Source: Candidatus Methylacidiphilales bacterium
GTDB taxonomy: Bacteria > Verrucomicrobiota > Verrucomicrobiia > Methylacidiphilales > JBCBYL01
Length of the DNA stretch: 64,000 nucleotides
Reading direction: 5' to 3'
Assembly: GCA_050329585.1 (NCBI GenBank)
Contig: JBHJOR010000010.1
Coordinates: forward strand, 26,132 to 90,131
Shown here: positions 58,621 to 64,000 of the stretch, piece by piece
How positions within the stretch are numbered: position 1 is the first letter of the stretch
Layout of the letters: every line of letters begins with the position of its first letter
Program-made: the position numbers and the translations under genes
Notes under the pieces: generated by a model
Seen by the model: the letters and a program-made list of their open reading frames with translations, nothing else
The model's database searches: none
Told to the model about the DNA's origin: nothing

Positions 58621-59610
58621 ATGGACTTAATGATCCTCTACATTGCGGTGGCCACCATTCTGTTTTTTGTGGTCTGCGCGTCCATCATGGGCTCCTTTTT
58701 GGTTAAACCCGAAAAGAAAACGGTCAAAAGCCGAGTTGCGCGCATGCGCGAGATCGAGGAGGAACTTAAGGGCGAGCTTCCCGGTTTGACCGAGGAAAAA
58801 AAACCGACTTCACTTCTCAGTAATATCGATCTGCGTCCCACTTTGGGAAAATTCGTTAATGAGAACTACTTTACCGATTTGGAAAAGGATCTCGCCCGAG
58901 CTGATATCCCCTTACGAGTCTCCGAGTTTATTATTTTTCGTCTGGCTATCGTTTTTTTTATCATGGCTGCCGCTGTCATTCTCACTCAAAATTTCCTTTT
59001 GGGAATCGTCATTGGACTTCCGTTTCTAGTTGTACATATACCGGTTATCAAATTACTCCAGTCGATGCGGGTCAATAAATTCAGTAATCAACTGGCCAAT
59101 TTCTTAACCCTCATCGTCAATTCACTCCGTGCGGGCCAAACCTTCATGCAGGGTTGCAGCATTGCCGTGAAGGAATCTCCCGACCCCATTGCTGCTGAAT
59201 TTAAGCAGGTTATCAAAGAGGTGAACTTGGGCATGCCCGAAGCGGAATCCATGGAAAACATGCTGATAAGGGTTCCATCTGAAGATTTAAAAATTGTAGT
59301 GAGTGCTTACTTAGTTCAACGCAAGGTGGGGGGCAATCTGGCTGAAATTTTTGATACCACGGCACAAACCATCCGCGAGCGCATTAAAATTCAAGGAAAG
59401 ATCAGCGCGTTGACGACTCAGGGTAAACTATCGGGGATTCTGGTAGGCGTTCTTCCCTTCCTGCTGGGCTTTGTCCTGACCCTGCTCAATCCTGATTACA
59501 TGGGACCGCTGATTAGTACGCTGCCCGGATACGTAGTGATCGGATTCGGAATCCTTCTGCAGTTGACCGGTTTTATCGTCATCTGGAAAATTGTGAGCAT
59601 TGAAATCTGA
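58621..59610 (+). CDS. tadB: TadB (type II secretion system F family)
   Basis: T2SSF-like repeat: 'LRAGQTFMQG', 'E...NM' and a C-terminal TM pair. Position follows cpaF. Confidence 0.85.
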   Translation: MDLMILYIAVATILFFVVCASIMGSFLVKPEKKTVKSRVARMREIEEELKGELPGLTEEKKPTSLLSNIDLRPTLGKFVNENYFTDLEKDLARADIPLRVSEFIIFRLAIVFFIMAAAVILTQNFLLGIVIGLPFLVVHIPVIKLLQSMRVNKFSNQLANFLTLIVNSLRAGQTFMQGCSIAVKESPDPIAAEFKQVIKEVNLGMPEAESMENMLIRVPSEDLKIVVSAYLVQRKVGGNLAEIFDTTAQTIRERIKIQGKISALTTQGKLSGILVGVLPFLLGFVLTLLNPDYMGPLISTLPGYVVIGFGILLQLTGFIVIWKIVSIEI

Positions 59611-59612
59611 GT

Positions 59613-60563
59613 ATGATCTACGTCGCTTACCTATGTCTGATTGGTGTGTTCGTTTGTATTGCCTTGGCGGTGAGAGCTCTAGGAACCCAGAAAAAGTCCA
59701 GCCTGGCCGATCGTTTAAAGGCGGTCAGCTCTGGACCCGAAGAAGGCTCCGTCGGATTACGCGATCAAGAAGAAATGAAAAAAGGTGTCTTGGAGCGAAC
59801 CATTTTACCAATGGCTTCCAAATATTCCCGTCACTTTACGGGTATTACTCCTGCGCGAATGGTTTCTTCAGCGGATCAGGCTTTGGGTGAGGCCGGTATG
59901 CAGACCAAAATCACCGCCATTCAACTCGTCACCGTGTCATGGTGTTTGATGGTTTTGTTGCCCCTTTTTCTTGGAGTTATGTTTCTACCTCATCTGGCAC
60001 AGGGAAGCATTGCCTTGTGGATGTATATTGGAATTCTCTTTTTTGCCTGCTTTTTGGGCCTGCGTCTTCCAATTGGAATTGTTGGAGGAAAAGCCAAGAA
60101 ACGTAAACATGAGATTCAGCTTTCACTTCCTTTTTCATTTGATTTGATCAGTATCGCGGTATCCGCCGGGATGTCATTTGATGGTGCTATGGCCATGGTC
60201 TCCGAACGCACTAAAGGCGCGCTTTCGGATGAATTTAGAAGAACCCTGCGTGAAGTGAATCTGGGTATACCCCGCGAAACCGCATTGAACAACTTGGCTG
60301 CCCGAACCGGGGTGGATGATCTGCGCACCTTCATCACCGCCATCAATTATATCTCCAAGCTGGGGGGCAATCTAACGGAAGTGATTGCCATCCAAACCGA
60401 AGCATTGCGTGTGAAAAGACAGCAAAAAGCCGAAGAAAAAGCCAACCAAGCACCGGTCAAGATCATGATTCCCCTGGTGCTATTTATTCTCCCCTGCGTC
60501 TTCATCGTGATTTTGGGCCCGGCAGTGGTAGGATTAATCGTTAATCCTCAGGGTTCATTCTAG
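59613..60563 (+). CDS. tadC: TadC (type II secretion system F family)
   Basis: 'DLISIAVSAGMSFDGAM' and 'GIPRETALNNLAART', with flanking TM helices. Confidence 0.85.
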   Translation: MIYVAYLCLIGVFVCIALAVRALGTQKKSSLADRLKAVSSGPEEGSVGLRDQEEMKKGVLERTILPMASKYSRHFTGITPARMVSSADQALGEAGMQTKITAIQLVTVSWCLMVLLPLFLGVMFLPHLAQGSIALWMYIGILFFACFLGLRLPIGIVGGKAKKRKHEIQLSLPFSFDLISIAVSAGMSFDGAMAMVSERTKGALSDEFRRTLREVNLGIPRETALNNLAARTGVDDLRTFITAINYISKLGGNLTEVIAIQTEALRVKRQQKAEEKANQAPVKIMIPLVLFILPCVFIVILGPAVVGLIVNPQGSF

Positions 60564-61200
60564 CGTATTCTGCGTAAAGAACCGCCAGTTGGGATCTGCG
60601 GTTGACGTGCAGTTTACTAAAGATATGCGTCAGGTGGTTCTTAACCGTTTTTTCAGTCAATCCAAGCTGATCGCCAATTTCTTTATTTAACAATCCCTTG
60701 CTCACCAGTGAAGAAATTTTTAATTCTTGAGTGGAAAGTCCGGCGATATCCGAAAGGGAATTATTTTTGTTTTTGCCAATCGAGTCCAGCAGGCATTGGG
60801 TAATATTTCCGGGCATGGCGGTTTGTCCACTCATCACCTGTCTCACACTGTTAAAAAGCTGCTCGCTTTCAATTTCTTTGAGGAGGTAGCCGGAGGCTCC
60901 TGCATTCATCGCCTCCAAGATCATTTCACCCTCCAAATAGGAGGTGAGCATGATGACTCGAGTCGAGTGACACTTCTCTTTAATGCGTCGACAGCAATCT
61001 ATACCGTTCATGCCAGGAAGCCGGATGTCCAGCAGCACCACATCAGGTGCGGTCTTGTCCAGATTCTCCAGCGCGGCTTCACCGGAATCTTCTGTGCCGC
61101 ATACCTTAAGATCCGTAGTTTTGGATAAGAGAGTTTTCAGTCCTTCTCGAACCATGCTGTGATCATCTACGATCAATATGCGAACCGTTTCACTTTTCAT
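60541..61200 (-). CDS. NarL/FixJ-type response regulator (REC plus LuxR HTH)
   Basis: 'ILIVDDHSMVREG' and 'VVLLDIRLPGMNG'. HTH 'LSTQELKISSLVSKGLLNKEIGDQLGLTEKTVKNHLTHIFSKL'. Confidence 0.9.
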   Translation of the reverse strand: MKSETVRILIVDDHSMVREGLKTLLSKTTDLKVCGTEDSGEAALENLDKTAPDVVLLDIRLPGMNGIDCCRRIKEKCHSTRVIMLTSYLEGEMILEAMNAGASGYLLKEIESEQLFNSVRQVMSGQTAMPGNITQCLLDSIGKNKNNSLSDIAGLSTQELKISSLVSKGLLNKEIGDQLGLTEKTVKNHLTHIFSKLHVNRRSQLAVLYAEYARMNPED

Positions 61201-62587
61201 AATTGATTAATTTCAAAACGATGTGAAAACCTTTTTCTGGTTCGGAGTGGAAAGTGACCTCGGCATTCATATCACGCGCGCGCGAACGTATGTTAGCCAG
61301 ACCATGGCCCATTGTGATTCGATTCAAATCGCATCCTTTTCCGTCATCATGAATTTCAATACGGATATGTCCATCGGATTGGCAGGATGCATTAATTTCG
61401 ATCTTACGGGCTTTGCCGTGACGCAGCGAATTACTGAGAGCTTCGGTCATCAAGGCGAGCAACTCCCCGGCTTGATGGCTACTGATCTGTTCCTCGACTT
61501 CCTCTGGGATTATAATATCAAAGATACAAGGGTTAGGTTGGCCCAAACGTTCGGTTAAATCATGAATGGCCTGGGCAAACAGGAATGATTTACCGAGAGG
61601 GGCCGAAGGGCTTTCGAGGTAGCCTCTGATTTTATGGATAATCCGGTTGAGTTCATTACGACAAGACTCTTTATCCATAGAAGTCGGTAGAGCGGCTTCC
61701 ATGCGAAGCCCCAGCGCGAACAAGGTTTGAATCACCTCATCATGCAGATCTCTCATCAGATTTTCCTGTTGATCCAACAGGTGGCTGAGCTGGTTCTCAC
61801 GGGCTCGCAAACACGCTTCCGCTGCGTCCCTACGGCGTATCTCGCGTTCCAATTCATCTTTCTGTTGGAAAAATTGACGGGTCAGTTCCGCCAAGTCAGC
61901 CACTTCTCCTGATCGTCCGAGCAAAGGGCTTAAGTGCATCAGTTTACCCGAACGGAAAGCGGTGTTGATCATCAGCAGGGGACGGATGAACCAAAAGTAG
62001 ATCAACAAAGTGACCAATACCGTGGAAAGGGATAGGATTAATCCGAGCAGTTTGAGATTGGCTAATCCCAGATTGCGACTGGATTCACTTCGTCCGCTGA
62101 CCCTGACTGATAACGTCTCGCTGGCGGATTCAGATATCGGTCCGTTAAGAGGCAAAAGAACGTGATTATTTAATGGTGAGTTTTCGGTCTCGATTGACTC
62201 ATAGAGTTCCGGAATGCGCATGATATCCCGGATGAGGTCTTTTTCAGTCTCTCCAAGGCGTATCGTCGTATACATCTCTTGAGGACCGTCATCGGAAGGC
62301 TTATTTCTTACCCATAAATACCAGGCTCCGTCTTTCTTAAGTTGCCAAAAACCAAGTGAGGATGTTGTCTGCTCTTCTTGATTCCATATGATCTGTTTAT
62401 TTTCTAGAAAGACAAGTCGTTGGAAGAGCAAAGGGAGCGCGTTCCATGAACGCAGCGTTTCCTCGTCCTGTCGGGTCTGGAATTCATTCTCTTTCATCAG
62501 GCGCAGGGTCTCTGCTTGAAAAAAAAGCAGTGCCACACCTGCATTGATGAGAATGAGTAACAGAAGAAAGCGCAGTTGAATCTTCAT
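61190..62587 (-). CDS. Membrane sensor histidine kinase (HisKA_3 / NarX-DegS type)
   Basis: H-box 'DLHDEVIQTL', and HATPase 'HDDGKGC' and 'GHGLANIRSRA'. Two TM helices flank a ~170-aa outer domain. I prefer ATG 62587 because the track start at 62791 would overlap the tadE-like gene. Confidence 0.85.
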   Translation of the reverse strand: MKIQLRFLLLLILINAGVALLFFQAETLRLMKENEFQTRQDEETLRSWNALPLLFQRLVFLENKQIIWNQEEQTTSSLGFWQLKKDGAWYLWVRNKPSDDGPQEMYTTIRLGETEKDLIRDIMRIPELYESIETENSPLNNHVLLPLNGPISESASETLSVRVSGRSESSRNLGLANLKLLGLILSLSTVLVTLLIYFWFIRPLLMINTAFRSGKLMHLSPLLGRSGEVADLAELTRQFFQQKDELEREIRRRDAAEACLRARENQLSHLLDQQENLMRDLHDEVIQTLFALGLRMEAALPTSMDKESCRNELNRIIHKIRGYLESPSAPLGKSFLFAQAIHDLTERLGQPNPCIFDIIIPEEVEEQISSHQAGELLALMTEALSNSLRHGKARKIEINASCQSDGHIRIEIHDDGKGCDLNRITMGHGLANIRSRARDMNAEVTFHSEPEKGFHIVLKLINYEK

Positions 62588-62722
62588 CTGGAGTAAAAGC
62601 TTACAAATTGTGGAGACGTACCCAAAGGCTTTTTTACCGGGACTAAAGTCCCTGTTTACACCGGGCTTAAGACTAGATGGTGGTCTCTTGTAATGAAGAC
62701 CACATTTTGATATCTTGGATTC

Positions 62723-63244
62723 ATGAACAGGGTTTGCAACCAACAAAAAGAAGCCAGCAGCGCAGGAATCAGTAAGAGAAAGAACGGTCAATCATCCGTG
62801 GAATTCGCACTGATGTTCCCCTTATTCATTATGCTCATTTTGTCTGTGGTCGACGTGGCCCGTTTTGTTTTCATTGAACAAACTATGACTCACATCACTC
62901 GGACAACGCTTCGATACGGTGTAACCGGTCAGCGCATGAGCAATCCAAAACCTACAGGTCCTACCGATTTGCTTTTAAACTGGTCGGATTCACTCATTGC
63001 GTTTGCCAAAATGAAAAATCCCACCCCGAGTCTGATACAAGTCAATAAAGCCGATGCCAGTTTCAAAATTTACATGACTGACACTCCCTCCTCTACCTAC
63101 CCCGCTATTTTTCCAAACGGTGAGAAAGTAAGTGTTGATTTCACCCAGCCTTTCAATTTCGTCACGCCTTTTGCCAACCTGATGAAAGGCAAAGTGCTCC
63201 CTGATAAGATCGTAATCAAAACAACCTACACCATGGAAAAATGA
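62723..63244 (+). CDS. TadE-like pseudopilin
   Basis: The N-terminal 'GQSSVEFALMFPLFIMLILSVVDVARF' is a TadE signature. Confidence 0.75.
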   Translation: MNRVCNQQKEASSAGISKRKNGQSSVEFALMFPLFIMLILSVVDVARFVFIEQTMTHITRTTLRYGVTGQRMSNPKPTGPTDLLLNWSDSLIAFAKMKNPTPSLIQVNKADASFKIYMTDTPSSTYPAIFPNGEKVSVDFTQPFNFVTPFANLMKGKVLPDKIVIKTTYTMEK

Positions 63245-63870
63245 AAACGCACCGAAAACAACGTGGGCAGGCCATGGTCGAATTCGCCTTATTGGCGACA
63301 ACCGTGGTCATTTTGATCTTTGGCATCTTAGATATTGGCCGTTACTTGAGTTTGCAGTTGAGGCTTAGCAGCGCAGTTCGTGAGGCGGGCCGTTTGGTTA
63401 TTACCAATGGTCTTCTCCCAAAAGACGGTGCCGAGGTTGACTACGACTTTATTGATAACCAAGTCAATCTGCTTGTCTTTGAGAATGTCAAAAAAATGGT
63501 CAGTCCGTCGGGATTCGACGGGGTAGGAACTAACGTTAAGGGAATCCTGTATATCTCTTACCTAAAGCGAAATGACAATGGTAACAGCAATGCCCCTGCA
63601 GATGTAGAAATTCTGGTGGAGCGCGTATTCAGTTACGGTAATTGGTATAATCCAGACGGCACTGCGGGAATCAAGCCTTCCCCCATGTATGCACAAGGTA
63701 CTAAGTTCAAAGGCACCGATTCAAATCGTTTGATTGATCCTGTGGCTCTCAACGTCGGTGAACGCACCGTATTGGTCGAAATTTTTCACCCCCTCACATT
63801 CACCAATATCGCCCGACAGCTTTTAAAAAACACCACCTGGAACAAAATACATGAATATGCCGTCTTTTAA
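63241..63870 (+). CDS. TadE/TadF-like pseudopilin
   Basis: The N-terminal 'RGQAMVEFALLATTVVILIFGILDIGRY'. ATGA overlap with the preceding gene. Confidence 0.75.
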   Translation: MKTHRKQRGQAMVEFALLATTVVILIFGILDIGRYLSLQLRLSSAVREAGRLVITNGLLPKDGAEVDYDFIDNQVNLLVFENVKKMVSPSGFDGVGTNVKGILYISYLKRNDNGNSNAPADVEILVERVFSYGNWYNPDGTAGIKPSPMYAQGTKFKGTDSNRLIDPVALNVGERTVLVEIFHPLTFTNIARQLLKNTTWNKIHEYAVF

Positions 63871-64000
63871 ATCCTTCCTCCCTCTTAGTTGCTCTATCAC
63901 GGAACGCAAAAGAAAAAAGGGCCAAGTCTTTGTCATTTTCTCCATATTCCTCTTCACGTTGATTGTGGGCTTTTTTGCACTGGCTATGGACTTTGCCCTG
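63857..64000 (+). CDS. TadG-like pilus assembly protein, N-terminal fragment (runs off the window)
   Basis: My own translation from ATG 63857 gives 'MPSFKSFLPLSCSITERKRKKGQVFVIFSIFLFTLIVGFFALAMDFAL'. It stays open to the window end, and the 'G.v.v.f...l.g...lA.D' pattern is TadG-like. Confidence 0.5.
   Translation, partial: MPSFKSFLPLSCSITERKRKKGQVFVIFSIFLFTLIVGFFALAMDFAL

Noticed and set aside
1-64000. Scan for CRISPR arrays, IS elements, transposases, integrases, prophage genes, rRNA, and recognisable toxin-antitoxin or known defence-system genes
   Set aside because: I saw no regularly spaced direct repeats. No ORF carries DDE, tyrosine or serine recombinase motifs, phage structural motifs or nuclease-plus-ATPase defence-type motifs. 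The only DNA-level tandem periodicity lies within coding repeats (43020-43820 and 37013-39652).

Overview
The window reads as a contiguous bacterial chromosomal segment of roughly 50% GC. I call about 58 protein genes and one tRNA-Ser(GCT). I see no rRNA, CRISPR array, transposase, integrase or phage genes. Several gene types suggest a PVC-superphylum (Verrucomicrobiota-like) organism: a PEP-CTERM protein, a giant autotransporter-associated beta-strand-repeat protein, REC-DUF4388 regulators, two ExbB/ExbD/TonB sets and a Tad pilus locus. This placement is inference only. Confident housekeeping calls are recG (3' fragment), an EF-G, ComM/YifB, guaA, a Dus enzyme, rsmE, dnaJ, grpE, def, glmM, transaldolase, galM and manC, plus envelope glycosyltransferases. 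Regions worth a second look: (1) 44.8-48.9 kb, a soluble CBS-like hybrid kinase, a GYF-REC-DUF4388 protein and a CheY. (2) 53.2-64.0 kb, a Tad/Cpa locus split by an opposite-strand NarL-type two-component system, with no Flp pilin or prepilin peptidase in the window. (3) 26.0-29.5 kb, two unknown genes tightly coupled to a CdaA-YbbR fusion whose RHR motif reads RHL. (4) 42.8-44.7 kb, a very AT-rich leader followed by a 4x tandem-repeat protein without a nuclease domain. (5) An AlkP/NPP-TPR-sulfotransferase fusion. (6) An in-frame TAG splitting the giant repeat protein. I recognise no canonical defence, toxin or mobile system. All domain calls come from reading motifs by eye, with no database or HMM search, so the functional labels are hypotheses.
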